NCBI RefSeq assembly: GCF_001194135.2
Contig: NC_068984.1
Span: forward strand, 42,550,240 to 42,599,661
Reading direction: 5' to 3'
Length of the DNA: 49,422 bases
Origin: Octopus bimaculoides
Taxonomy: Eukaryota
How positions within the stretch are numbered: the stretch's first letter is position 1; every line of letters starts with the position of its first letter. This document shows, one piece after another, positions 1 to 13,745 of this stretch. The notes under the pieces are model-generated. The model ran no database searches. It had not been told where the DNA came from and was given only the letters and a program-made list of their open reading frames with translations. The position numbers and the translations under genes were made by a program.

Positions 1-382
1 GGTAATAACAAGTGCAGGCAATATTCAAGTATTTTGATGGCTTTTCCCCCTTTGTTTACGAACTGTCTAGTTAATCGGAAATGTCAGAACTAACGGGGAT
101 TAATACCATATACACCGTTACAGCACTTACTGTTTTCAACTGAATAGACGTCAGTGATTAGTTGAAATTATCGAAATAAGACAATTTTTAACGTGAAATA
201 ACTTCGAATACAAAATTTATTATCTGTTCTATACCACAAAATATACAAGTATACGAAGTTTGAAAGTGTTTCGGTACCAAAACACTACATAAAAAAATGT
301 TGCCCGTCAAATCACAAAGGTCTATATATTGTGTGTAAGGATACATGTGTATGTATATCTGTGTATGTGTCCACAATATACT

Positions 383-644
383 TGTGACGGAGTGGGAACG
401 AACCTAGAAGCTCGTCATTGGGGAACGAAATCCTTTAAACTTACGGCTGTGCTTGTGGTATATAACGTCTGTAGATATAAAACATCAAACATTCTTAAGA
501 ATAACTAAATTCGAGCAAATGTACCTTGTGTGGTATCCGATTCGCCTGAGTGACATAGACGCTCCCTTGTCACTCCCGTCATCGCAGCTGCAGTGATCTA
601 TTGGCTGATCCAGCAGAAATTTATCAACGACGCTATTCTTCACA
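383..644. mobile_element. possible solo LTR
   Basis: 262-bp GC-richer block bounded by TGTGA...TCACA. Flanks ATACT/ATAAG match at only 3 of 5 positions as a TSD. Confidence 0.25.
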
Positions 645-1578
645 ATAAGCGATTATAAAATAAAACAAATAAATAATGTTGGCGTTTGAAGGGAATCTAG
701 AGTTGATCGGTGCGATTTTGAAGTTAATGGAGTGGGTGGGCTCTGTCTAGGGTTGGCAAAGCATAACAAATGAGATTATAGTAAGAGTTCAATTTCTATA
801 CGTTTGAAGCGCACCCCATAGACACACCAGCGACCCCGATTCTGACAGTTTGAAGCTACTTTCATATATATATATATATGCGAGTAAAAATAAATACAAA
901 AAAGGTGGGGTTTTTTTGTATGATTGTGTATAGAGGAATATATTATTTTGCTTAAAAGAGTTCCAACACTGTCTGTTTTTTATGTTTTATTTATATTCCT
1001 GCAGAACTAATGTGGGGTATAGAATATGGAATATACAATATATAATATGATATACAATATACAATATAAAATAAAATATATATATATATCCCCTTTTATG
1101 CTTTTATGTCTCCTTTTTTCTTTGTTACTCTGAAAGTTCGTAGAAGGACAGTAGATGTGAGCAAATAAATAGAGAGCTAGGTGCCATGTGTGAACACTTT
1201 ACCTAGCGAAGAAGACAACAGAGAGGGGTGAAAATATGTGGATCGGTGGCATGAGGTAAATGAAATGTGCTGGGTGGCGGCTGTGATGGTGTCAGAGACA
1301 GTTGCGCTGGGTGGCGATTTCATGTAGGGAGGAGGGGTAGGCGAGCTAGAATGGGAACTGGAATGACGGAGTATTAAGAGTTTAAAAGAATGAAAGGGTG
1401 AGGAAGTTTGGTTAAGCTGAGATAGAATGGCACGTGTGATTCTTCTTGAGACTGAGAGAAGTTTGGTTCAAGTGTGTTGGGGATAAATACACACGCATAC
1501 ACACACACATTATATATATACACACACACACACACGCACACACACACACGCACACACACACACGCACACACACACACG

Positions 1579-1611
<33 letters not shown>

Positions 1612-3497
1612 GAATGTGTGTGCATATATAGATATACATTTTATAGAACACACACACATATTCATGCATATACTTACTTGCATATATACATTGTATCTAC
1701 ATTATTTCTCACTTGCGGGTTAACAAAAATTAAGCAAAGACTCTCTGAAGTTTATTAAGTGACTCTACTTAATTGCTATTGTACTAAAGTCCGATAAATG
1801 AACTTTGTCACATAGTTCAAGATGAAACCCGAATCTACTTATGAAATTCTAAGATTGTGACTAGAACACGCATGCGTATAAATATACAAAATGTAGTCAG
1901 AAATAAAAACAATTCTTAAGATACATTATATAAAAATTTAGACTTGGAGAAACTGCTATTACTGTCTACATCTAACAAGAATTCCTATAAATTCCCATGA
2001 AGAACTCCTTAAATTATCTATTTAATCTACCATCATGTTTCTTTAAAACTTATGATTTGGTGTGGGTCACCGTATATTTATTTATTTATTTATGATATCA
2101 CAATTGGTGAAAGGGCTTTTGGTTACAGGTTTCCACCGAGCTAATCACGATATTTTTGAAAACGAAAGTTACAATGGAGTGTCTGTAACTTGATGCAATC
2201 AAATTCCTCATCAGACATTGTTCATAAAACAAAGTCTTTTCTCTTTTCACACACGTCTATGATAAATAGTTCCGTGTCTATTTACCATAGACATGAGATT
2301 ATGATAAATGTGATTGGCCAAGTTGCCACGTAGTAGGACTGAAACCGGGACTTAATGATTGCGAAGCAAAGTTCATATGCATTTAATGATGCTTGCATAT
2401 TTGTATATAATGAATATGAGAGCAGTTTTGGTCAACCAAATTCAACTCAAAAGGTATTCGTAAGCTCTAAGCTATCATTGAAAACATCTACTAAAGATGC
2501 CACGAAGAAGATCGAACCGGGAATCATGTAGTTGGAAAGTAGACATTTTAATCAAAGTTCACAATAGGTATAGAAGGTAAAATGTAACAAGAGATATAGT
2601 GATAATTTGAAGTAGAAACAAAATGATCAACTAAATTTGGCTCCTTACAATAGGAGTGTGAATTAATATAAATTATGTGTGCAATTCACTAAATTTCATT
2701 TGTTGTGTCATACCTATATCTTACGAATCCCAGTTCTACCAGATTTGAAGAACATGTTATGTAGATGTTACTTGCGAGATGTTAGCATCGTTTCCATTGA
2801 GTGTTCTATCTGTTTACAAACTAATGTTCGTGTTGTAGTCAGCAGCTAATAGATGTTAAGCAGACTCACTCAGAAGTGACATTTGTTATTATCTGACACA
2901 AACTGCTGAATTATTAATGCAGTTGTGGATGTCATATTATAAAGCAAATATAAAACAGTGATTCTCAGACTGACTAATATTTGTGAAACCTTATGCACCC
3001 TTTGCCGCTTTGGTAATGAGATGACAAAAGATTTTGTATCTTTAATAATTATTCAGTCATCGCCATGGTGTTTGACGGTTTAAAGTTTAAAACTATCATA
3101 ATTTTATCAAATGTGGAAGTCCGTCGCCCTACTTTCAATCTTTTCAGCCCGCCACTTATGGAAATCACTGACTTAAAGCTTTAGAGTAAATAACTTCTCT
3201 GGGATTTTCTGACATGCATGATACCTACATTATATAACTCATGAGAAAACAAGGAGTAACAATAAATATAATCGATTATTGCATTGTAGATGGTTCTTTA
3301 AACAAATCTGCTTCGAATCTTCATGAAACGTAAATTGCAACATCATTGAAAACATTACTGATAATGTTTTATGCAAAAATTACTTATGGTGGGATGTTTT
3401 TACTTTTCATCTTCTAAGGCCACGGATAATTTATTGTGTATCACTTGATTAATGATGCAAGAATCACTTTTTTTCTTTAATATATATATAACCCTGT

Positions 3498-3704
3498 AAG
3501 GCAGCTAGCTGGCAGAATCGCTAGCACGTCAGATGCAAGTGTTTAGCGGCATTTCGTTCGTCTTTATGTTCCGAGTTCAAATTCCACCGAGTTTGCCTTT
3601 CATCCTTTAAAAGTCGAAGAAATAAGTACCAGTTAAGCAGTGATGTCGATGCGATCGACTTACACCTCCCCACAGATAACTGACCTTGTGCCCAAATTTG
3701 AAAA
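3498..3704 (+). mobile_element. tRNA-type SINE family A
   Basis: AAGGC.GC.AGCTGGCAGAATCG.TAGCAC..GAGTTCAAATTCC..AAATAAGTACCAGTT..CTTGTGCC.AAATTTGAAA pattern, recurring through the window. Confidence 0.8.
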
Positions 3705-4435
3705 TACATGTAACCTTGTATCTGAATCTATATTTTTCATTAAAACATTCTCTATCAATTAAAGCATTACAATGATAGATTATAGTTTCCGCTCGAACTG
3801 AGCAATTACTGACCAATTTCACTATTGTATAGTAGAACATATAAGTGGAAAAGCCGTACTCATCCTGATTAACAAAGCTCAAAAGTGTAAACAAACGTTT
3901 TAACTCTGAGCTTTTATTGGATGTGTTTTTATCTATTGATTCCGCTGATGTTAGGTGTACTATTCTCCAAACCACATCAAGAAATGACATAAGTATCATT
4001 CAAATGGATATTATGTATAATTTCGCTTTGAAATTGTCTCGTCACTTGAGTTTTTGCCAGTGAAAAATTGGATTAATAATGGTAGTGTGTGTGTGTATAT
4101 ATACAAATGAGTATATGCGAGTGTGTTTGTATATAAGAGTATAGATGTCTATGTATACATATACATGTATGTACAAATATAACTGAAAAATAAGGAAATA
4201 ATTCTATTCTCAAACGCAGGATAATAATATAGCATGCACTGGATAAACTATCCATATTTTGTAGAAAAAAACTGTCGGCAGCCAGCCATGAGGCTTGAAC
4301 TTATATTCCTGCGATTATGCGTCAAGTACTTTACTATGAAGCTAAACTGCTCGAACGACAAATTCTTCTGCAAATTTACGATATATAAATCTAGCTTTAT
4401 AAGACGCTATCGTACGTTAAATTCAACTTACGTTA

Positions 4436-4594
4436 AAAGTCAACAAAGTTTGCTTTAGAAGGGTTGAGATGTATTGAAAGATACAGACAAGGAAATAATT
4501 TTATTCTCTTATCCTGCGTTTGAGAATAAAACTATTTCCTTATCTGTATCTTTCAATACATCTCAACACTTCTAAAGCAAACTTTGTTGACTTT
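4436..4594. repeat. near-perfect palindrome, 73-bp arms, 13-nt loop
   Basis: 4436-4508 is the reverse complement of 4522-4594 with 3 mismatches. 4191-4224 is also an inverted copy of 4509-4542 (2 mismatches in 34). Confidence 0.95.
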
Positions 4595-4810
4595 CAATGT
4601 AATCTAATTATTATAAGCCCTTACTTTGGGCGATGTAAGAAAGTAAACGCAATCATTCTATGCTATCAATGTATGGGAAAAAAGTGAAAGGGAATCTCTT
4701 GATGGTCGGTTTCACGTTTTTCGACCGTACCCCAGTACTTCGTATTTAGTGTAATTAATTTAATAAATTATGCCATATTTTTTCTTCACCAACAGGTATT
4801 ATTTCTCTAC

Positions 4811-4858
<48 letters not shown>

Positions 4859-4976
4859 ATGCCATTCTTTTGTTTCTGATGAAGTACAAACATTCGGAAC
4901 ATTAAGACTTAATTTGAGCATCTCATACGTGAAACTGATACTATATTCGTTACAGTTTATCTATCTATCCATCTAT

Positions 4977-5040
<64 letters not shown>

Positions 5041-6243
5041 AAATAGACAGATATAATTATGCGTGTGTGCGCGTGTGTGCGTGTGTTTGCATATTTCAAT
5101 GATGATCAATATCAAACTAACATGCTTGGTATTTAATTATTTAATAAAACTTATAAATACTTAGTTAATAAAGCTCTCTTTGTAACGTCCTACTCCACCA
5201 TTTCAAATTGTCTTCGTATTCGAAATTACATTAGAAATCTTGTCCATCTAAGCTTACGTTTGATGAAGCTCAGAATTCCATATCAACTGCAATTTTGTGA
5301 AACGTTGAATTATTGAAAGTGCTCGATCATTAGTAATTATATCCTATAGGAACCATCGAAGGTGCTTTTATGTGTTTTTTCTACCTGCTGGTTGTAATAG
5401 TTAGATGTCCTTCAAATCTCACCCTACTCTCTTAGACAAAGGAAGTAAACATCGTATTATACAGTCAAGAGTGCATCATGCTTAGAGGAGTGATGATCAA
5501 GGCTGGAATGTTTTTGATGAAAGATTTGGTCAATTAGGGCCAAGCTGGAGCTAAACTACAACAATAAACAATCTGTGTCTACACATGACGCTGAATCAGC
5601 TCAATAAATAAATAAATTAGTTCAATAAATATAGATAAATAAATACAACAAAAACGGCAAAGTTTGATATCGCAAGTTTTCAAATCGAAGTATGCTGTTA
5701 TTTTCAAACAGATAAGCATGTAGAAAATATGAAATTATAAATCTGAACTCTCGGCTTTAATCAATCAGTATGTAGTTAATAGTAATTAATGTTTAGTAAC
5801 AAATAAAGACGGTGGATTGTGAAATCAATAGAAACCTCAAGGCTTTACAGATTTCGCTACCCACTGTTCTCCACTTCATTATTTGTAAATATCTTTGGTA
5901 TTCCAGTCCAATCAACAAAGAATGTTCACAACTATTTGTTAATTATTCCCTCATTCCAATTCAGGGCAAATCAGAAACGTTCACTTTGATATTCATTATC
6001 ACATGTTTCCTATTATTAAAAATGACTCTACTCTCGAAAAGCCAAACAGTAATTACAACTAACATGTGTCAAAGTGTTTTCGAACATTGGCAATGATTAC
6101 ATTTTGAATTATGTTGATGTATATCAAGATTATGACAGTTTACATACCTACGAAATCCTGTTCCAACTCATTAAATATACATTTTCTTTACTATCAATCT
6201 ATACTTCAACCTGTATGAGTTTCGATGTTTCTTCCTATTTAAT

Positions 6244-6808
6244 TTTATTATTATTATTGAGTGAGAGAACAGCGCATGCCGTAAAAGGGACATTGGGGTA
6301 AAATATACGAAACCCAATATACCCATCATGACTACCCGTCTGATAAGGATACACCAGGCACATGCATCACAACCATATGTGCGCGACATAGTGACCTTAT
6401 ATCATGATAAACAGCACATAACCTTGTAGGTGACGCCCAGTTAGAATTTTCTTCAGTTCGAGTAGCCTATCCCGCTCAAAAGGTCCCTGAATAAGGGTTG
6501 CAAAAGATGTTGAAAAAAACACCCATGCTTCCATGGGTGAATTTTTCAAACCCCAAAGAATTCCTCTCAACACATGGCTATGATGCTCCCCCACTACTTC
6601 TTCTCGTGATTAGAGATGCACATATCGTCAGCCACCAAGGGATCTGCTCAACTGGTTAAGGTGAAGCAACTGACAAGCAAATCTGTAGTATTAAGAAGAA
6701 TATTTGCTGTAGCCAATCTTTTATACCAAGACAAAACATGTACACGATAACATTTCCAATCAGTTAAGATCAGAAGCCAAAAGCCAGTACCTGGTACTGC
6801 ATCAGGGC
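6244..6808 (-). mobile_element. ~565-bp non-coding interspersed retroposon with (TAA)n tail
   Basis: GC-richer block with sharp boundaries, ending on the minus strand in CTCTCACTCAATAATAATAATAA. It matches a high-copy octopus repeat from memory. No meaningful ORF. Confidence 0.65.
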
Positions 6809-7084
6809 ATTTCTTCTTCTAAGTTCAAGGGGCACAGTTGTTAAAGGGTCAGGCAAAATATCCCACAGTATTCGTTCAAGATCTTTATGTTTTGAGTTCA
6901 AAACCCACCGATGTCATGCTACCATTCTGGTCAATAAAATATATTACCATTCAAGCTTTAAAATCTACCTTCAAATTTCTGACGTTGTAGCTATTATTAG
7001 AAACAGTAAATGTTAAAACAATTATCTTTTTATTTACATTTTCGTTCTTCTACAAAAGTATGTCCAAATCCAGAACATTGACAG

Positions 7085-7265
7085 AGTGGCAGACACCATG
7101 CCATATAGACTATTTAGTTACGCTTTTTTTACATTTTGAGTTCAAAATCCACTGGTTCTGGCTTTATCTTTGATCTTACTCGAGTTTTTAAAGTAAGTAC
7201 CAGTCAGGTATTGGTGTCGATACAGACTGCTCTACTGTTCTCTAGGATTCCTGGCATAGATCTTA
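7085..7265 (+). mobile_element. diverged SINE family A copy
   Basis: TGGCAGA..GAGTTCAAAATCC..AAGTACCAGT..GGTGTCGAT landmarks. Confidence 0.55.
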
Positions 7266-7339
7266 TTTTAACAATTATAATAATCACTTTTTCAAACAGA
7301 TTCAGGCGTACTTCTACATCATCTATATGTTTCTGAATT

Positions 7340-7830
7340 GTGTGCAGTATTGTGTTCGAAGGAGTAGGGTGTTGCTTTTGCGTTACATCTCTTTTGTTGT
7401 AGAGTTTATTTTGTAGCTCCTCATGCTACGTTAGTGTTTCATCTGTTCGTTACATCTATGCTGTGTGAATTGTGTTATTGAATGGTGATTGCGTAGAATA
7501 TGAGTGAGTTGTGGTATAATTCTGCTATCGATGATCTAGTATCTGTATTCTGTAAGTTGTGTTATATTGTGGGGTTGTGATTATTTAGAATCTATGATGT
7601 GCAGATTGTGTTATAATATAGAATGTGGAATGTGTAGAGCATGTGTCGCATGAGTTGTTATTTACATTAGACGGTGAGTGTGAATACTATATGCTGTATG
7701 AATTATGTTGAAGTATCGTGTTGTGTTGATTGTGTTATGACATTGGATGCTGAATGTGTAGAATGTGATGCATGGGTTGCGCTATGGAATTAAAAGTGCC
7801 TTGTGTAGAATATGGGCTATGCTTAGAAGG
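7340..7830. repeat. degenerate TG-rich low-complexity/minisatellite tract
   Basis: Recurrent TTGTGTTAT / TGTGTAGAAT / GAATGTG words with strong G+T strand skew. Confidence 0.55.
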
Positions 7831-10800
7831 GCATTTTAAATTTATGTAAATGTATAAGTTCTAGTAAAGTTTTCATATGTTTCTTGCACCTTTTATATTA
7901 TACTTAGTGCCCCAATTATTAGTGGTATTGTTTTGACTTAACTATCCCTACATTGTGCTTATTTCCAATCATTATTAATACTAAAGCAATAGAGCAGGTT
8001 GAAATAGTAAAACTGTGAGATTAGTTGTCTCATGCCCAGATTCATTAAGGTAATAAAAAAGTCGTTAATTATACAGTGTTCTTGTTACTTATAGCGCTTA
8101 ATAATGGCACGATTATCTGTATTAAGTCACTGAAAGTAAAGAATGCAAGTGATATATACTATTATCTCAGGTGGCAGGATAAATATCATTAACTCTTCAA
8201 CCGGTAGCTTGACTCTCTTTTAACTCGGTCCGTCTGAATTTTATTCAATCAGATAAAAAGCTTGAAAGTTTCATCTTCTCAACCTGGTCTTTTAAAATTA
8301 TTTGATCTCTGCAGTTCTTGAGTATTTGCATAACAAATACATATTGTGGGGAATAGTCATACAATTATAAGTTTTATGTAACTCAAGGTAAGAAATGCTG
8401 ACTAGATTTAGAAAATTTCAGTGTTTAACACAAGGTTCAGTTTTTGATGCGTCTATACATACTCTTCTCCTCGTCTATTATAAATCCTGTTAACTCCAAC
8501 CAAAGTTTAGCGCCGTAGTTACACTCACATTATACAGGTATCACTATTTGTAGCAGTATTGTACGCTGACTTTCTTCTGGATTGCAATAATAACCCATTT
8601 TGAATTCTAGTCATCTATGTGCAGAACTTAACAATCTCCACTGCCACCACCATCCTCTTCATCATCATATGTGTTGATATCCGTTATTTTCATTTTATTG
8701 TTTGTAAGTACCACAGTTAACCTAACTATGGGAAATAGATGATTTTCTGCGAGTTTTACTTGAAACACATTGGCAACCCAGAGAAACACGGAAGATTTGT
8801 TCAGCTTTCGCTCAACGCAAGATTTGTTAGAGAGATATCGTGATAAAATCAAATTGATCATATGGTCAGCGACTGAGCAATCGGATGATCGATGATCCAT
8901 GAAATCTGTTCAGTTCAGTTATTTCATGTCGAGATTCATGTTTTCTTACCCAGATTTCATAAACGATTTTTTTTTCTGAACATGATGTATAGTGTAATGA
9001 AAATTGAGGTACATTCACATTCTATGCAACATTATTTTCTGTAATTAACATAAATGAAGGATGTCTAATTCTAAAAGACTATTGATCATCCATTTTTTGA
9101 TCATGCCTTTTCCATTACCTTTAGAATTCGATTTCTAAATGCGAACTGCCTCTAATGCCAGAAAATACTTCAATTCTAAACTGTTCTTCGTTTTTACAAA
9201 ACTCAAGTAAAATTAAATTTAACATCCGCTCACGTAACTTGTAGTTTCTTCTACAAGCAACTTATACTACAATAACACGATAGCAATCCAAATGATTGGC
9301 AAAAATTCACTAAAATGTTTCTCCTTCGTCTACCGCTACTACCTATCAGTCCCATTCGGGCATAAACGACACAATTGTCTCTCCCCGTATATTTAATCTG
9401 ATTCTCTACTAAGCACTTTATCTAATTATTTCTCTACTAAACACATTTTCTGGAAACTCACACCGCAATCGGCTTAGTACAGTTCTTCTACAATACTGCA
9501 TAGTACCGAAACGAACTCCTCAAACGGGGAAGGAGCTGCAAAAGACATGGGTATCGGTCTTCTCTTTCTAGTGAACATGCATGTGTGTGTGTTCGTATGT
9601 CTATGTAGCATTTCACTTGTTTCTCCCTTGTTCATCTCTCAATGACTTCCACTTCTATCAGCGTTCTTTTTATTTTCTCTTCTTTTCGACCGTTGCTCCA
9701 CACATTTATTTCTTTTCCACCCACTTCTGTCTCACTAATTCCGGTTTATACATCCTTGAAACCCAGTTGACATTTTTCACCGTCAAAAGGTCCTGTTCAA
9801 AAATTTGAGATTCACTTCTTCCTCATGATATAAAACTTCCACCGTTTGAACTATTAGTAGAAAAAAATATTGAAGACAGACTTATGTTATATACATAAAT
9901 TGGATGTTTTCCTATGTTTTCTGGTATAATGTATAAACAGCTTGTCCAATTGAAGATATATTAGGGTTAATTGCCCTCAACATCGTGTATGAGGCTTGCG
10001 TGTTTATGAGATAATGATTTAATGAGGTTGCAACGTATTCTCGTATTACACAGTTCTATTCCCTTGCTGGAGTTTTATTCAATAGTCTAACACACTTGCT
10101 GCAACTGGTATTAGGTACTACCCCGTCAATAAAACAGAATCAAATAACTTTTACTTTCTCATATGGCTAATCAATGACATTCACAGGCAACATAAATATG
10201 TTATAAAGTAGAACCATCCATACTCTTTCCTTTTCTCTCTATCCCACATCGCTTCACTTGCCCGCTTTCTTTCTTTTCTTCTTTCTCCCCCTCTCTCTAT
10301 TTATTTATCATCTATCTCGCTCTCCCAAAGTGTTTAGACATTTCTATACAACCTTTTATTTTACATCTATTTTACATCTATTCCGTTATTTCTGCTGAGC
10401 GACTTTATCATGTGATATTTTACTCCCAGTTCACTCGAAAGTAAAATGTAACATAAAATTGATTCCATCTTCTCTGATTCATAACCGAATTCATATAGAA
10501 TTTATGAAAGAAAATGTATCTATTTACAGTTATCGAGGGAATACACAGAAGCTACAATAGCAGTTAAAAATACGATATTCTAGTTGCCAGACGTGTTTCT
10601 TCTGCACGTTAAGTTTTGACGCTATAAAGAGAGGTTAAAAGTATTTTAATGGACAATGTTTAATACACCGAGTAGATCTGCCATTTGCCGCCTTAAGTAA
10701 CTTGAATATTAAAAAATATACAGGATTTTCGTCGTCAAATTTGTGTATTCATGTGCTTTAAGCATTCCTTTTCCATTGGATATTACACTGAAATTTTTCT

Positions 10801-13089
10801 TTAATAAGGAGGTTAGAAAACATCATAACGTCGAAAAGCACTACAAGGCAGCAAAGGCATTTCGTGTCTTTTTTTTCTTAGAACAATTATTTCTGAATCA
10901 AAAACTTAATAGATCTGCTTGGCTCTGTCGATGGAGAAGCAATTAATAACAATATAAAAGACAAATAAAAGAGAAAAGCAAAACAATTAGAAGCACAAAG
11001 AGGAAAAACATAAAGATGAAAAACACAAGCAGTAAACTCCCATAAGATTTTTAACCAAAATTCCGCTGTTTAAAAACAAGATGTTGTCTGCAAGAGACAT
11101 TTGATATTGTTGCGAAGAGGTGTACTTTGTGAATATGACGAAGCCCTTTCAACGAGTAAAGTGTCGATGAATATAGCTATAGCTTTTCGTTTTTTTGTTG
11201 TTGCTTTTTTTTTTCTTTCTTTCTAAGAACACGCTTAAACAGAATTGAGTGTATGAAAGATGTGTTAAAGGAAAGGATCATAGAATTGTTGAGAAGAGTG
11301 GGGAACGAAAACATTAATGCTACCCAGAAATAAAGAGATTGAAAGAGATAGGATCCTAAGTATCAGAGATAAGTGGCGGGGTTATATATAATAATATAGT
11401 CGATTGAATACTAAGTAGTTAAGAGATTTTGTAAAGAGACAAACTAAAAAGAAAAGAAGCTAACATGCCAAAAGTAGCGTGTATGTAACACTTGGTTTCG
11501 TCTCCTTAACAGCGGCATTTAACAACAGAACGGCAAAATGCAAACTTGGTGCATTTTACAAATGGGGCTCTTGCTATATAGCACAACATAAAAATTAAAT
11601 CGAATATGAGAATGAAACACATTTCACTGCTTTTTGTTTCTCCTTCTTGATCTTTTTCTTTTTCCTTGTTTTAGTTACGCAAACTCACACACACACACAC
11701 AAGTACCCACGCACGCATACGCTAACCCACTCACATGCAAACACACACACATATATACATATATATGTGCGCATGTGTGTGTGTCTGAGTGTCTGTGTGT
11801 GTGTGTATGTGTCTATGTGTACATATATGTATGTATATACATGCATATATTTTTGTATGTATAACGTATTTTATGATTATGAGTTAATTCATTCAACCAA
11901 GCAATAGATGTAATTTTCTGTTTTTGTTTATTTCTTTTTCTTGTCCTTTCGCGTTGCGTTTTCTCAAAGAATACTGATTGTTCTACTTCTGATGGGTCGT
12001 TGGAAGTTCACTTTTTTTATGATCACATGAAATATTGATTCGTAGTCAAAAGAGAGACTAGAAAGGTTATAGTGTAGATTCTATTCCAAACAGTGTTAGC
12101 AAAGTGAACGTCTATCAAATGTAACAGCGTTCGCCACCGAACAAAATATAAACACTAGTAATAATATTCGATGTACTTTGTTTACTAATTTTTTAAAAGT
12201 AACTTTTTGACCTATTGAGCGCAATATAATTTTTCAGCTGACGACGGTAGTATTATATTGTTTGGGATGGGGGTTAAATTCCAGCTTTTATTTTTCATTT
12301 ATTTATTATTTTTTTATGTTATTATGACGTTTTCACAGTGTCGGCAAAATTTCGAGTAAAGTTTCATAGAAAAATTCCAAAGAGTGCGGTTTCGAATCAA
12401 AACAAACAAAAAATTCCATTATTTAATGTGGATTTCAAAAATAAGAAAAGAACGTTTACAGTGATGCGTTCGGACTCATAAGGATCTGTAGAAATTTGAC
12501 ATTTTTCATTTGTTTCCTGAGAAGTAAACAATATGTGCGGCCATGAGATTCGCCCCGTAGTAATGTTAAGTATGTTAGCAATGTCAAGATATTGAGGGTT
12601 AAAAGATATATAACCTTACATTCACACAAACACATACAAATACATGAACATATACGCGAGCAGAAAATCATGGGCTTTCACACATGAAACAAACACATAT
12701 ACATATCCATATGTTTACATACTGAAACTCACAAACACCTACAAAACGGGTAAGGATAGAGAATCTTAAGAACCAATCTAGACCAGTGGTGGTCTTTGTA
12801 AACAATAGTTAATTTAACAAGAAGAGAATGCATGAAGTAATATATAGTGTTCCAAAGAGAAAACGATCTGGTGTTAAACCATAAGCTCTCATTCTCCAAT
12901 GAACATATATTCCTACGAAGATTACCTTATTATTTTCATGGCACACCAAGTTACTTTACTTCATGTACGAAGCATGGTTATATATTTAGAAGCTCATTGA
13001 AACGATACTACATACTTTGACATATTGTTAGATAATTATATTGACACACAAAACTGAACAAATATGAAAATATTTGCAATATGTGCAAT

Positions 13090-13432
13090 TACGGGGGTCG
13101 GTTGATAGGCTGACCAAGATATTCTCATGGAATGTCATCAAATGAGTTTTATATTTCAACATAGTCCTCCTGGTGGTCCACACACATTTTCCATCGGTGT
13201 TGCAGTGCTTGGATTTCGTTGGTGAAATTCATCAACAGCAGATATCACTGCGACACTGGTTTCTAACCAAGTGTTTCTTCATGTTGGGGAACAGATAATA
13301 GTTACATGAGGCCAAATGAAGAAAATAGGGGATCCGATCAACCAGTTCAAATCTATAGTCACGCACTACAGCCATTGAAAGTAAGGACTTATGTACTAGA
13401 GTAGTGTCCCGATGAAACAAGACACCTGTACA
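13090..13432 (-). mobile_element. decayed mariner (Tc1/mariner) 3' fragment with terminal inverted repeat
   Basis: Minus strand reads VLFHRDTTLVHKSLLSMAVVRDYRFELVDRIPYFLHLASCNYYLFPNMKKHL...IQALQHRWKMCVDHQEDYVEI*, a decayed HDNA..H / HPPYSPDLAPSDY / QHRWxxCVxxxGDYVE mariner C-terminus. It ends in a TACGGGGGTCGGTTGA TIR-like sequence at 13090. Confidence 0.85.
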
Positions 13433-13618
13433 CAGTTTCTCTGAGCCCTTGGTCTTGACAGCCTTTCGTAACTACCTTAGCAGGTTCGTAATTGCCTTAG
13501 CAGGTTTCCATTGATGAGGTGACCCTTTTGAAGATAGACAATAAACACAATTTTTTTTTGTATTCCCAAACTTTAAGGCCATCACCATCCCTGCAGATGA
13601 AACGACATTGGCTTACTT

Positions 13619-13678
13619 CTTCTCCTCCTCCTTCTGCTGCTGTTGCTGCTGCTGTTGCTGCTGCTGTTGCTGCTGCTG

Positions 13679-13730
<52 letters not shown>

Positions 13731-13745
13731 CACTACTATTACTAC
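13619..13745. repeat. compound trinucleotide microsatellite (CCT)(TGC/TGT)(TAC)n
   Basis: Direct reading of the sequence. Confidence 0.95.

Noticed and set aside
5486-5595. C/D-box snoRNA-like GTGATGA...CTGA
   Set aside because: No terminal stem and no recognisable rRNA-complementary guide.
8315-8387. Plus-strand segment with good acceptor and AAG|GTAAGA donor
   Set aside because: Stops in all three frames. It could only be non-coding, and nothing else supports it.
13465-13504. 20-bp direct repeat x2 (TTCGTAA.T.CCTTAGCAGG)
   Set aside because: Simple local tandem duplication with two units and no spacer; not CRISPR-like.
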